Part shown: positions 24,851 through 38,748 of the stretch, one piece after another
How positions within the stretch are numbered: the stretch's first letter is position 1
Layout of the letters: every line of letters starts with the position of its first letter
The notes under the pieces: model-generated
Seen by the model: only the letters and a program-made list of their open reading frames with translations
Told to the model about the DNA's origin: nothing
Database searches by the model: none
Made by a program: the position numbers and the translations under genes
Assembly: GCF_044704955.1 (NCBI RefSeq)
Contig: NC_091995.1
Coordinates: forward strand, 17,484,001 to 17,548,000
Origin: Pristiophorus japonicus
Lineage: Eukaryota
Direction of reading: 5' to 3'
Length of the DNA: 64,000 nucleotides

Positions 24851-25210
24851 CCGTCATTTTCATATTTAAGTGCCCCATGCTGCAGCAGCAGGTCATGTGT
24901 ATCTCACTCTCATCACCATTTTTCGCCTGTAACCTTAGAGAGGGCTGGGCTATCTGCCTCCGACAGCCAGTTTCTCGATGGATTTGGGTTGGCTAGAGGC
25001 AGAAAGCTCGTGAGAAATATGGTCCGGGGTGCACAGCGAGACCTGCGCTGCCTCTTTCCAGAGACATTGGAGCACAATACGCAAGTAACATTCGACCATT
25101 AATAATAAGATGCCGCTCACAATGCAGATGCATACTCCGTTAAGTTTTGAAGCGATTGCAAATGAACTTCCGGTCTGAACTTTTAATACAGCTCTGTTTT
25201 TTTTCCAAAG

Positions 25211-25270
25211 GAGTTGCGGAAACAAGATGTATCATTTTATAGCGAGCTGCACAGGTACTTTCTTGTGTAA
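25211..25270 (+). CDS. Gene 1 ITAM exon (ELRKQDVSFYSELHRYFLV*)
   Basis: ctgttttttttccaaag| acceptor, phase 0. Completes YSEL-x7-YSEL. Reads through to TAA at 25268-25270, or splices at AG|GTACTT (25254) to a later terminal exon. Confidence 0.78.
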   Translation, partial: ELRKQDVSFYSELHRYFLV

Positions 25271-25669
25271 TGTCACAATTCTTGCTTGAAGAAAAATAAA
25301 TGACAATGGTGAAAAAGATCTTGACAATAAAAGTTAATATTGAAGGTTTCAAATTTAAATTCGACCCTGCTCCGCTATTCAATGAGACCATGGCTGATCT
25401 TCGAACTCAACACTTTCCGCCCCAATCCCCATATCCCTTAATTTCTGTAAAGTCTAAAATCTATCTTTTTCAGCCTTGAATATACTAGACGCCTCAGCAT
25501 TCACAACCCGTTGGGGTAGATAATTCCAAAGATTCACAACTCTGTGAGTGAAGAAATTCCTCCTCATCTCAGTCTTAAATGGACGACCCCTTATCCTGTC
25601 ACTATGCCCCCTAGTTCTAGACTCTCCACCCAGGGGAAACAATCTCTCAGTATCGGTGTATTTACATAA

Positions 25670-28262
25670 TAAGAACTTAAGAAATAGGTGCAGGAGTAGG
25701 CCATACGGCCCCTCGAGCCTGCTCCACCATTTACTATGATCATGGCTGATCTGATCATGGACTCAGGTCCACTTATCTGCCCACTGCCCATAACCCCTTA
25801 TTCAGTTATTGGTTAAGAAACTGTCTATCTCTGTCTTAAATTTATTCAATGACCCAGCTTCCATAGCTCTCTGAGGCAGCGAATTCCACAGATTTACAAC
25901 ACTTTAAGAGAAGAAATCCCGACTCATCTCAGTTTTAAATGGGCGGTCCCTTATTCTAAGATTATGTTCCCTAGCTCTAGTCTCCCTTATCAGTGGACAC
26001 ATCCTCTCTGCATCCACCTTGTCAAGCCTCCTCATAATCTTACATGTTTCGATAAGATCACCTCCCATTCTTCTAAATTCCAATTAGTAGAGGCCCAGCC
26101 GACTCAACCTTTCCTGATAAGTTAACCTCCTCATCTCTGTAATCAACATAGTGAACCTTCTCTGAACTGCCTCCAAAGCAAGTACATCCTTTCTTAAATA
26201 TGGAAACCAAAATTGTACGCAGTATTCCAGGTGCGGCCTCACCAATACCTTGTATAACTGTAGCAAGACTTTCCTGCTTTTATACTCCATTCCCTTTGCA
26301 ATAAAGGCCAAGAAGATTCCATTGGCCTTCCTGATCACTTGCTGTACCTGCATACTAACCTTTTGTGTTTAGTGCACCAGGACTCCCAAGTCCTGCTGTA
26401 CTGCAGCACTTTGCAATTTTTCTCTATTTAAATAATAATTTGCTCTTCGTTTTTTTTCTGCCAAAGTGCATAACCTCACATTTTACATCAGTATACTCCA
26501 TCTGCCAATTTTTTGCCCACTTACTTAGCTTTTCTATGTTTTTTTAGAGGTTTTTTGCATCCACCTCACACATTGCTTTTCCTCCCACCTTGGTATCATC
26601 AGAAAACTTGGCTATGTTACACTCGGCCCCTTCATTCAAGTCATTGATATAGCTTGGAAATAGTTTGGGACCCAGCACTGATCCCTGCGGCACTCCACTA
26701 GTCACTGCTTGCCAACCAGAGAATGCATCATTTATCCCGACTCTCTATTTTCTGTTAATTAGCCAATCCTCTATCCATGCTATTATATTACACCCAATCC
26801 CGTGACCTTTTATCTTGTGCAGTATCCTTTTATGTGGCACCTTGTCAAATGCCTTCTGGAAGTCCATTTACACCACATGCACTGGTTCCCATTTATCCAC
26901 TCTGTTCGTTATATCCTCAAAGAATTCCAGCAAATTTGTCAAACATGATTTCCCCATCATAAATCCATGCTGACTGCCTGACTGAATTATGCTTCTCCAA
27001 ATGTCCTGCTACTGCTTCTTTATCAACGTACTCCAACATTTTCCCAACCACAGATGTTAGGCTAACTAGTCGATATTTTCCTGCTTTTAGTCTGCCTCCT
27101 TTTTTAAATAGGGGCGTTACATTTGCAGTTTTCCAATCTGCTGGGACCTCCCCATAATCCAGGGAATTTTGGGAAATTGCAACCAGTGCATGCACTATCC
27201 CTGCCGCTACTTTTCTTAAGACCCTAGGATGCAAGCCATCAGGTCCAGGGGATTTATCCACCCATTATCTTACTGAGTATCACCTCCTTAGTGATTGTGA
27301 TTGTGTAAAGTTCCTCCCCCACTATAATCCCTTGACTATCCACTGTTGGGATATTTTTAGTGTGCTCTACCTTAAAGACTGATGTAAAATATTTGTTCAG
27401 AGTTTCTGCCATCTCCATGTTCCCCATTACTAATGCCCCGGTTTCGTCCTCTGAGGGACCAACATTTACTTTAGTCACTCTTTTCCTTTTTTATATACCT
27501 GTGGAAACTCTTCCTATCTGTTTTCATGTTTCGTGCTAGTTTACTTTCATAGTCTATCTTCCCTTTCTTAATAATTTTTTTAGTCATTCTTTGCTAGCTT
27601 TTAAAACCTTTCCAATCTTCTGTCCTCCCACTAGAATTTGGCCACTTTAGATTCCCTTGTTTTTAATTGGATACCATCCTTTTTTTCTTTAGTTAGCCAC
27701 GGATGGCTAATTTTTGTTTTACACCTTTTCCTCCTCACTCGAATATATTTTTCTTGAGAGTTATGAAATATCTCCTTAAATATACTCCACTGATCATCAA
27801 CCGTCCTACACTTTAATCTATTTTCCAGTCCACTTTAGCCAACTCTCCCCTCATACCTTTATAGTCTCCTTTATTTAAGCTTAGTACGCTGGTTTGAGAT
27901 CCAACTTTCTCGTCCTCCATCTGAATTTGAAATTCAATCCATGCTATGGTCACTCATTTTAAGGGGATCCTTTACTAGGAGATTGTTTATTAATCCTGTC
28001 ACATTACACAGGACCAGATCTAAGATAGCCTGCCCTCTAGTTGGTTCCATTACATACTGCTCAAAGAGCCGTCCCTTATGCACTCTATGAACTCTTCCTC
28101 AAGGTACCTTGACCAAGGTGATTTGTCCAATCAATATGGAGGTTAAACTCACCCATGATTATTGCTGTACCCTTTTTACAAGCCCCTGCTATTTCTTGGT
28201 TTCTACTCTGACCAACAGAGTTGCTACTGTTAGGTGGCCTATAGACTACGAACACCAGTGAC
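25670..28262 (-). mobile_element. Degenerate CR1 (second subfamily), EN to 3' end
   Basis: Broken ORFs with [18 protein letters not shown] and RPHLEYCVQFW; (TTCTTATG)-type tail. Confidence 0.9.
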
Positions 28263-29065
28263 TTATTTGGCTGGTCTTCTACCTCAACTCCACCTTCCCA
28301 CACTATCCCCATATCCAGTGGTTCGCCCAGTATCCAAACCTCTATCGATCTCTGTCTTGAATATATTCAATGACTGAGCCTCCACAGCCCTCTGGGGTAG
28401 AGAATTACAGAGATTCATACCTTTCTGAGTGAAGAAATGTCTCCTCATCGCAGTCCTACATGACCCAATCTGATTTGTGTTGATTTTTGCTGGCACTTTT
28501 CTCATTTTTCTTCAGATAACTGTGTTCCCACAAGACAGGCAGTGAAAATGTGGATGAAAGATCGAGCAGTCACTAGGCGCCTGGCCGGTGAATGGAACAT
28601 TTGTATCCACATGACGTCTAACTCAACTTTTACTCTGAAACTAACGGAGCATTTGGGGAGGGAGAATGCAAAGTTGTTTTTTGACAAAAGTCGTCGCAGT
28701 TATTTTTGATTAAATTACTAAATTCATGCTTGAAGGATACTTATTCAGTACTCTGAACAATGTGTTTGGTATTACCATTTTACATAGCTTGCAATACTCT
28801 GAAATACCGCAATGAGCATATGCCTAAAATATGTAGTGATGGAATCCAAGTTGTATCAGCCCTCGCAAATGATGAAACTGATCGGAAGACAAAATCTGAA
28901 ATATATATTACCGAACATTTAAAAAAGCAAGATAAAGCATGTACTGGACCGAGTGAAAGGTTATTAATTGTTTGTCTGCTGCGACTTGTAGATATTAAGC
29001 TGGTAACTGTTTAAATAATGGTGATTTTAACTGAACTATAAAATAGAGAAAATAGAAAGAAATAT

Positions 29066-30810
29066 AAGAACATAAGAAATAGAAGCAAGAATAGTCCATA
29101 TGGCCCCTCGAGCCTGTTCTGCTACTTAATACAATCACGGCTGATCCAATCATGGTCTCAGGTCCACTTCCCTATCTGCTCCCCATGACCCCTTATTCCC
29201 TTATCGGTTAAGAAACTGTCTATCTCTGTATTAAATTTATTCAATGTCCCAGCTTCCGCAGCTCTCTGAGGCAGCAAATTCCACAGATTTACAACGCTCT
29301 GAGAGAAGAAATCCCACCTCATCTCAGTTTGAAATAGGCACACATTATTCTAAGATTATGCCCCCTACTTCACGCCTCCCCTATCAGTGGAAACATCCTC
29401 TCTGCATCGACCTTGTCAAGCCCCCTCATAAATTTATACGTTTCAATAAGGTCACCACTCATTCTTCTGAATTACAATGAATTCCTACTCAACCATTCCT
29501 CATAAATCAACCCCCTCATCTCTGGTATCAACCTTTCCTGATAAGTCAACCCCATCATCTCTGTAATCAACCTAGTGAACCTTCTCTGAACCTCCAAAGC
29601 AAGTACATCCTTTCTTAAATATGCAAACCAAAACTGTACGCAGTATTCTAGGTGTGGCCTCAACAATACGCTGTATAACTGTAGCAAGACTTCCCTGCTT
29701 TTATACTCCAACCCCTTTGCAATAAAGGCCAAGATTCCATTGGCCTTCCTGATCACTTGCTGCACCTGCATGCTAATCTTTTGTGTTTCATGCACAAGTA
29801 CCCAAGGTCCCACTGTACTGTGACTCTTTGCAATTTTTCTCCATTTAAATAATAACTGTCTCTTCGATTTTTTTTCTGCCAAAGTGCATAATCTCACATT
29901 TTCCAACAGTATACTCCATCTGCCAAATGTTTGGCCACTCACTTAGCCTGTCTATATCCTTTTTCCCTTTTTTTGTGTCCTCCTCACACATTGCTTTTCC
30001 TTCCATCTTCGTATCATCAGCAAAATTGGCTATGGTACACTCGGTCCCTTCATCCAATTTATTAACATAGATTGTAAATAGTTGGGGTCCCAGCACTGAT
30101 CCCTGTGGCACCCCACTAGTTACTGATTGCCAACCCAAGAATGAACCATTTATCCTGACTCCTTGTTGTCTGTTAGTTACCCAATCCTCTATCCATGATA
30201 ATATATTACCTCCAACCCCATGAACTTTTATCTTGTGCAGTAACCTTTTATGTGGCATCTTGTCAAATGCCTTCTGGAAGTCCATTTACACCACATCAAC
30301 TAGTTCCATTTTATCCACCCTGTTCGTTGCATCCTCAAAGAATTCCAGCAAATTTGTCAAACATGACTTCCCCTTCATAAATCCATGTTGACTTTGCCTG
30401 ACTGAATTATGATTCTCCAACTGTCCTGCTACTGCATTTTTAATAATGGACTCCAACATATTCCCAACCACAGATGTTAGGCTAACTGGTCTATAATATC
30501 ATGCTTTTTGTCTGCCTCCGTTTTAAAATAGGGGAGTTACATTTTCTGTTTTCCAATCTGCTGGGACCTCTCCAGAATCCAGAGAATTTTGGTAAATTAC
30601 AACCAATGCGTCCACTATCACTGCAGTTACTTTTCTTAAGGTCCTCGGATGTAAGCCATCAGGTCCAGGGAGACTTGTCCACCTTTAGTCCCAATATCTT
30701 ACTGAGCACCACCTCCTTAGTGATTATGATTGTGCTAAGTTCCTCCCCACGCACCCCCGCACCCCCCACCCCACCCCGCCTCCCTATAGCCCCTTGAGTA
30801 TCCACTTTTA
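29066..30810 (-). mobile_element. Degenerate CR1 (second subfamily), RT to 3' end
   Basis: [17 protein letters not shown] and FADD in fragmented ORFs. Confidence 0.9.
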
Positions 30811-33169
30811 TCTAATGGATTCTTTACAGCTGAAAGAAAAGTTGAAAATACTGGATGCACACAGCAGATCAGTCAGCATGTTAAATTGACACAAAGGTTA
30901 AAGTTCTGACTATCATGTTCCGATGAAGGGTTGCAAGCTAAATATTAATCATTTTAATCTCATTCAGATGTTAAGTGTTGCACAGGTCATCAATTTTAGT
31001 TTTCATTAAGAATGCATGTTACATAAGAACACCATATCATAAAAGATAAGAACTAGGAGCAGGAATAGGCTATTCGGCCCCTTGAGCTTGCTCCACCATT
31101 CAGTAAGTTCATGGCTGATCTTCCACCTCAAATCCACTTTCACACGCTATCCCCTTATCCTTTGATTCTCTTCATAGCCAAAAATCTATCGATCTCTGTC
31201 TTGAACGTACTCAAAGACTGAGCATCCACAGCCCTCTGGGGTAGAGAATTCAAAAGACTCACCACCCTTCTCATTTCAGCCCTGGTTCTAGACTCTCAAG
31301 CCTCTCAGCATCACGTTAATTGATTCCCATGTATTTGGAGTTTTCTAGGCTTATTCACATCGGGAATATTGGCCAAAAAATGATTTACAGCGGGTGGGGC
31401 TGGGGGAGGCGCGGGACGATCTTAATTTTTTGTGCGAATTTGATATGAATTCATCTTTTCTGCCATTAAACGCTGTTTAGGTCTGCAAATAGTGAATTAC
31501 CTGGGCACACAGAACATAATGTCTTCCGAGAACGTACTTTTATACTAACGAGGCATCTTCCCAATGAGAGTAATTTTCCGCTGGCCCGCTGGAGGCAGAA
31601 CACCTCACCGCTAGCAGCACATATCTCGAAATGTCAGGTGGGCAGCCAATTCGTATTGGTTGCGTTAAAATTAATGGATGGGAAACCGAGGGCTGACATT
31701 GCGAGATTTGCTGGGAGGCGATACCGCAAGCCAGGTACGCGCTAGCAGAAAATAGGGTCTATTATTGACAAGTTGCAAATGACTTGGTAGCAAATACTTG
31801 ATACATCTTTTGATTGTTAACGTTCGTTTGTATTTGCAATTCATATCGTGAAAAATGCTGTTTTTTTCTCTGACAATAAAGCGATCTTTATTGCATTCCC
31901 ATATTGGCATGCGGCTATGAAAATTGTATTTGTGTAATTTATCATTTATTTCAGATTTTTAGCCCGATTTAATCATAGATTATCCGCAACCGCCATTCAG
32001 TGAGATCATGGCTGATTTTCGACATCAACTCCCCTTTCCTGCCCTATCCCCATATCCCTTGATTCCCTTAATATCCAATTTCCCGGTGTGTTATTAATCT
32101 TTCTGCAGTTGATGCTATGGATATGGACTTTCAAAAGGCATTTGACTTGTTGGCAAATTTGAAGCCCATGGGGATTAAAGGGCCACTGGCAGCACGGATA
32201 CGAAATTGCCTAAGAGACAGAAATCAGAGATATTGGTGAACGGTTTGCTTTTCAGACTGGAGGGTAGTAAACCGTGGTGTTCCCGAGGGGGCAGTGTTAG
32301 GACCACTGCTCTTTTTCAGAACATAAGAACATAAGAAATAGGAGCAGGAGAAGGCCATTCGGCCCATCGATTGTGCTCCGCCAATCAATAAGATTATGGC
32401 TGATCATCCACCTCAACTCCACTTGCCTGTACTACCCCCATATCCATTGATTCCATAATATCCAAAAATCTAGCGATCACTGTCTTGAATATACTCAACG
32501 AATAAGCCTCTACTGCCTTCTGGAGTAGAGAATTCCAGAGATTCACCACCCTCTGAGTGATAACGGCGTGGAGTTGGGTATCCAGGGCACAATTTCAAAG
32601 CTTGAAGATCCTACAAAACATGGAAATGTAGTGAACAGTGAGGAGAATAGAAGCAGACTTAAAGACATAGAAAGACTGGTGAAATGTGCAGACACATGCC
32701 ATATGCAATTACACACCAAGCTCGATTTTCTTATGCATTGCAGTCAATTTGACAGCCAATACCAATTTTGCACCTATGGCTAAAGCTTAATTTACAGGTT
32801 TATGGAGGGAGTCACAGGTCGCACGGAGGTCCTCTTCCCTACCCGTCGGCAGACCTCCCCAGCAGATCTACTTGCCGACTTGCACGTTGCAGAGAAGGTC
32901 ACAAGCAGGGATGTGGTCAGGAGCACTTGGGTGCACCGCTGCAAATGTTTCAATGATTTCAGTAGATCACAAAACTTTAGTACAAAGCCACACTAAACCT
33001 CATCCTGCTATGCCTCTCATCATATTGCCACCACTCTGCCTTCCCCATCTTACTCCTACACATCCTTACTCATGCCAACTTAGCTTGGACCTCCACCCAT
33101 CCCTCGCTATCTATATTATCACATCCCCATCTCCCCATCTTATTAGCCAGCTCTCACACTCACCCTCAT

Positions 33170-34035
33170 AAGAACATAAGAACACAAGAAATAGGAATAG
33201 GCGTAGGCTATACGGCCCCTCGAGCCTGCTCCGCCATTCAATAAGATCATGGTTGATCTGATCATGGACTCAGCTTAACCCGCTCCCCATAACCCCTTAT
33301 CCCGTTATAGTTTGAGAAACTGTCTATTTCTGTCTTAAATTTATTCAATGTCCTAGCTTGCACAGCTCTCTGATGCAGCGAATTCCACAGATTTACAACC
33401 CTCTGTGGAAAGAAATTTCTCCTCAGTTCTCCTCATGATCTTATTCTAAGATCATGCCCTCTAGTTCTAGTCTCCCCATCAGTGGAAATAGCATCTGTGC
33501 ATCCACCTTGTCAAGCTCCCTCATAATCTTATACGTTTCAATCAGATCACCTCTCATTCTTCTGAATTCCAATGAGTAGAGGCCTAACCTACTCAACCTT
33601 TCCTCATAAGTCAACTCCCTCATCCCTGGAATCAACCTAGTGAACCTTCTCTGAATTGCCTCCAAAGCAAGTATATACATTCGTAAATATGGAAACCAAA
33701 GCTGCACGCAGTATTCCAGATGTGGCCTCATCAATACGTTGTATAACTGTAGCAGGACTTCCCTGCTTTTATACACCATCCCCTTTCCAATAAAGGCCAA
33801 GATACCATTGGCCTTCCTGATCACTTACTGTATCCTTTTGTGTTTAATGCACAATTACCCCCAGGTCCCGCTGTACTGTGGCACTTTGCAATCTTTCTCC
33901 ATTTAAATAATAACTTGCTCTTTGATTTTTTCTCCCAAAGTGCATGACCTCACACTTTCATACATTACACTCCATCTGCCAAATGTTTCCCCACTCACTT
34001 AGCGTGTATATGTCCTTTTGCAGATTTTTTTGTCC
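33170..34035 (-). mobile_element. CR1 3' fragment
   Basis: ORF 33441-33824 matches the ORF2 C-terminus. Confidence 0.88.
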
Positions 34036-34319
34036 AGGGGGATTGTTCGTCGAATACAGTTACCTCCCTCTCTCTTGTTCACTTTTTAAAACGGCGTCAC
34101 TCTGTATTATCCTCACTGCTTCTCTCTCTTCAAAACACAGTTCCTCTATTTCTCACAACAGCCCCTCTCTTTCTCTCATACTATTAACAGATGCTCTATT
34201 TTCACGGCACCAAACTCTTCTAAGTGGAATAGCTTCTCGACCAGCAGGACATGCAAATAGCCAAAAGGAGACTGCGGATTGGAGAATAGAGGAGCCATTT
34301 TAATATTATTGAGGGGATA

Positions 34320-34998
34320 TGTGGCCAAATCGCTGAAGGTGGCAGGGCAGGTTGAGAAAGCGGTTAAAAAAGCATTCATGATCGTGGTCCTCAGATATAG
34401 AGGCATAGAGTACAAAATCAAGGAAATTATGATGAACCTTTATAAAACACTGTTTAGGCCTCAACTGGAGTATAGTATCCAATTCTGGACACCACACTTT
34501 AGGAAGGATGTGAAGGCCTTAGAGATGGCGCAGAAAAGATTTACGAGGATGATTCCAGGGATGAGGGACTTCAGTTATGTGGATAGACTGGATAAGCAGG
34601 GGTTGTTCTCCTTAGAGCAGAGAAGGCTGAGAGCATATTTGGCAGAGGTGTTCAAAAGTATGATGGGCCTAGTCATATTAGATAGAAATAAACTTTTCCC
34701 ATTGGCGGAAAGGTTGAGAACCAGAAGACACAGATTTAAGGAGATTGGCAAAAGAACCAAAGGCGACATGAGAAAAAACGTTTTTAATGAGCGAGTGGTT
34801 AGGATCTGAAATGTATTGCGTGATTGGCTGCTGGAGCCAAACTCAATCCTGACTTTCAAAAGGGAATTGTATAAGTGTCTGAAGGAAAATAAAAATGCAG
34901 GGCTACGAGGAAATGGCGGGGGAGTGGACTAGCTGAAGTGCTCTTGCAGAGAGCCAGCACGGGCTTCCTTCTGTGCTGTAACCATTCTATGATTCTAT
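34320..34998 (+). mobile_element. CR1-like 3' fragment (ATTCTATG-tail family)
   Basis: ORF 34279-34809 contains KVAGQVEKAVKK...RPQLEY. Confidence 0.85.
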
Positions 34999-35260
34999 AA
35001 TTACAGCCAGCAGTGTGAGAAGCTGGATAGAGGCGGGCAATAATGGAAGAAACACATGAAAGATAAATTAAAACTGAAATAAACATTTTTCAAAGTACGA
35101 AATCTAAGCAGAAACCCGAAAGAGATTTGTCGCTTGAAGACTGTGTCAGTAGCACCGTCACTCTCCCAGCGAACAGGTTGGAATTGTCTACAGTGTTTGA
35201 ACCAACTGGAACCTGAACTGGGATTAGCTGTTTTGAATTGTCCTGCTATTTTATTGACAG

Positions 35261-35745
35261 GTAGCTATGAGATATTTAACTGGTCCTAGGTTTGCGGTGC
35301 TTCAGCTCTTTATTAAGGCCACATCTTACACAATATTCCAGCTCTGTCCCTGCTGCGTAAAACAAAGCGTCAGACCAGTTCACTGAAAAGGGCCTGAGCG
35401 TTAATGTCACAGAAGGGCCCAATCAGATCACAGAACCGAAACCTCTTTGTCAAGTTCATCTAATGGGCCAATCGCATGCAGAAGTGGGACTTCATTGTTA
35501 AGTTGATCTAACGGAACTATCTGATCGAGAAAATTCGAAGGAGTTTTTTTTGCTGTTGATATGGATGTAATGATAAAAACCGAATTTGTTTTCTGGAAGG
35601 GTTTCTGTACAAAGTTTCAAACGAAAATCTATTGCCATGTTTAGAGGTCACAGATGATATTTCATCCATTATGTTTATTTAACCACATCACTATTGGTTG
35701 AATCTGCTTCCATTATATATATTAATAAATTACAGAACACCGAAG
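35261..35745 (+). other. Candidate alternative terminal exon and 3'UTR of gene 1 (would give ...YSELHR*)
   Basis: ttttattgacag|G-TAG is phase-2 compatible with the 25254 donor; AATAAA at 35724. It has the same G-plus-stop terminal design as gene 3. Confidence 0.3.
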
Positions 35746-36519
35746 CACAACAAACGGAAACAAGAGACTGCAATGTCCAGAATATGAATATGATTATTAC
35801 TGCTAGGAAACTAATAATAAAACATACAATAAGAAAACACAGAAAATGCTGGAAGAACTCAACAAGCCAATCAAAATCCGTGGTGGGGAAAGTTGTGGGG
35901 GGGGGGGGGGAATGCTTCAACGGTTCTGACCAAAGAGCTACAGGTGAAAGGTTGAACATGTTCGTTCTCGCCACAGATACTGAACCGACCTGTTGAGTGT
36001 TCCAGCATTTTATGTTTATGTTTCGGATTTCCAGCATCCGCATTTTGTCATTTAGGGGCGTGATGGAGGAGGAGCACATTTCCAGTCCAGATAGAGGGAC
36101 ACGCGTGGGGAAAAAAAGAGACAAAATAAGGGAGAATGATCGAGCAGCAAAAACAGGGTGACCAAAGTAGACGGCGACCAAATCTTAAGCAACTTGTTCC
36201 ATTGCATCACATCCTGGGCCGGAATTTTCTTCACGCGGAGGGGCAGTGTTCATTTTTTTCTGCGTCCTTTCTTTTGAAAATCGAGTTGACCTGGTTTGTA
36301 GGCAGAAATGAATCCAAACTTAACAGTCTGGGCGGCGATAATTGTTTCTGGTAAGATGTTTAAACACGTTTTAATCTATTTGGTTATGTTCAACCGTATT
36401 GTCCACTATTCGTTACTAACAGGACTCCATGCAACATAATCATGGGAAATTTCACTCACTTTGGAAAATAGTATAAAAATGATAGATGGAAATATCAGTG
36501 GATTAACCGTTCTCCTGTT

Positions 36520-36955
36520 CAGCCATCACCCCTGTGCTCGCTGACTTACATTGGCTCCCGGTTAAGCAACGCCTTGCTTTTAAAATGCTCACCCTTGGCA
36601 TCTCCCTTCCCTATCTCTGTAATCTCCTCCAGCCTCACAACCCCCCCCCCCCCCCCCCGAGATGTCTGCGCTCCTCCAACTTTGGCATCTTGATTTTCCC
36701 CGATTATAATCGCTCAACCATTGGTGACTGTGCCTTCAGCTGCCTGGGCCCCAAGCGCTGGAACTTCCTGCCTAAACCTCTCCGCCTCTCTACCTATTTC
36801 TTACTTTAAGACGCTTCTTTAAACCTATTTGTTTCACCTTTCGGTCATCTTCCCTAAATCTCCTTTTGTGGCTGGGTGTCAAATTATATTTTATGACAAT
36901 CCTGTGAAGCGTTTTACTACGTTAAAGGTGCTATATAAATGAAAGTTGTTGTTGC
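36520..36955 (+). mobile_element. L2-type LINE 3' fragment
   Basis: LADLHWLPVKQR motif; AFS...P..WN; (GTT)n tail. Confidence 0.75.
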
Positions 36956-36984
36956 TATGACATATTGTAAACATTCTGACTGGG

Positions 36985-37335
36985 ATGGATAGACTGGATG
37001 CTGGGTGGATGCTTCCCCTGGCTAGGAAGTCTAGAACAAGGGGTCACAGTCTCATGATACGGGTTGGAAATTTAGGACTGAGATGAGGAGAACTTACTTC
37101 ATTCGGGGTGGTGAACCTGTGGAATTCTCTACCACAGAAGGCTGTGAAGGCCAATTCACTGAATATATTTAAGAGGGAGACAGATAGATTTCTAGACACC
37201 AAAGGCATCAAGGAGTATAGGGAGAAAGCGGATATATGGTGTTGAGGTAGAGGATCAGCCATGATCATATTGAATGGCAAAGCGGGCTCGAAGGGGCGAA
37301 TGGCCTACTACTGCTCCTGTTTTCTATGTTTATAT
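36985..37335 (+). mobile_element. CR1 3' fragment
   Basis: ORF2 C-terminus and 3'UTR tail. Confidence 0.8.
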
Positions 37336-37967
37336 GACATCGCTCTCTGCATATTCTAAATCGGATTTTAATAAATTGACAACAAACGGGTTAATCTCTG
37401 CTTTAAAAGTCGAGGACAGAAACGTGGGACGGCTCATCCTAAAGTAGCAAACAGTAATTTGGGGGTAGTTACGTTTAATACAGGATCACGTTCTATAACC
37501 GCTGTGCAAAAAGGATTTTTCAGGATTTGTTCACCACGATTAGAGCGACTCCAAGCTGCACTATTTTCATACTTACAGACCCCAATGTTACTAAACAACG
37601 CCCCTGTTCCGCTCCGGCATAATAGCCATCTGTGGTATACATGCCCCGATAGCCTTATTCCCTCAATATTAAATATCGGTAACTCTTCGTTTGAATGTAC
37701 GAGCTTATCTATGCATTTCCAGTTGATCCTAAATATTCATCAAACGGAGGGGTACCGGCTCTGGTTAGTTATAATCACTATCGGGCCAGGCACAATAGGG
37801 GTTGATTGCAGAACAAGTCTATTTTTCCCAACAAGCGGTCTTTAAAAATCACTACATTTAAAGCACCGAAATTGATTACAGTATTAACAGCTACCCCATA
37901 TTTAGAACGTCGACTCTTTACAGTTCTGGTGGCCAGAGCATTTTAGATAGCTAGGATCTGTGTTATC

Positions 37968-38435
37968 ATAGAATCACGAATGATTACAGCAAGGAAGGAG
38001 GCCATTCGGCCCGTCGATCCCGTGCCGGCTCTATGCAAGAGCATTTCAGCTAGTCCCATTCCCCGCGCTTTCCCCCTAGCCTTGCAAATGGTTTTTCCTT
38101 TAGGTACCTATCCAACTCCTTGAAAGCCACGATTGAGTCTGCCTCCACCACTCTCTCAGGCAGTGCATTCCAGATCCTAATCACTCGCTGCCTACAACGT
38201 TTTTTCCTCATGTCATCTTTGGTTCTTTTGCCAATCACCTTAAATCTGTGTCCTTTGGTTCTCGACCCTTCTGCCAATGGGAACAGTTTCTCTCTATCTA
38301 CCCTGTCCACACCACTCATGATTTTGAACACCTCAAATCTCCGCTCACCCTTCTGTGCTCTAGGGAGAAGAACCCCAGCTTCTCGCGTCTATCCACGTAA
38401 CTGAAGTCTCTCATCCCGCGAACCATTCTTGTAAA
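37968..38435 (-). mobile_element. CR1-like 3' fragment
   Basis: ORF 38050-38331 contains FKIMSG...LFPLAEGSRT. Confidence 0.8.
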
Positions 38436-38748
38436 TATAAATACGCAAACAGTTCATTTGTCCTGGTAATTTATTATTTAATGTAAAGATTTAGTGATGT
38501 CAATAACATACAACGGGCAGGTATCTCCCAGGTCTTGCGCCAGTGGCTAGGCCGAGCCTGTGATCAAACCAAAGTCTGGTAGAACCAAATATACTGAAAT
38601 GGTAAGGGATTTAAAGCAGGTTAATTGGCCCCAACCTACTGCGTGGGTGGAAAACCAATGTGGAATATAAATTGAATTTGTTTTAGGAACAAAATTATAC
38701 AGCTGGAAGTCAGGTAAGTGTCCAAAATCAAAAGAAGGTAGTGTGGTA

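Noticed and set aside
31955-31962. Alternative terminal exon for gene 1 (tttatttcag|ATTTTTAG, giving RF*)
   Set aside because: It runs straight into repeat fragments and cannot be preferred over read-through at 25270 or the 35261 candidate without transcript data.
35675-36181. 168-aa hydrophobic minus-strand ORF
   Set aside because: Low-complexity AT-rich and repeat-derived sequence; no domain or exon structure.
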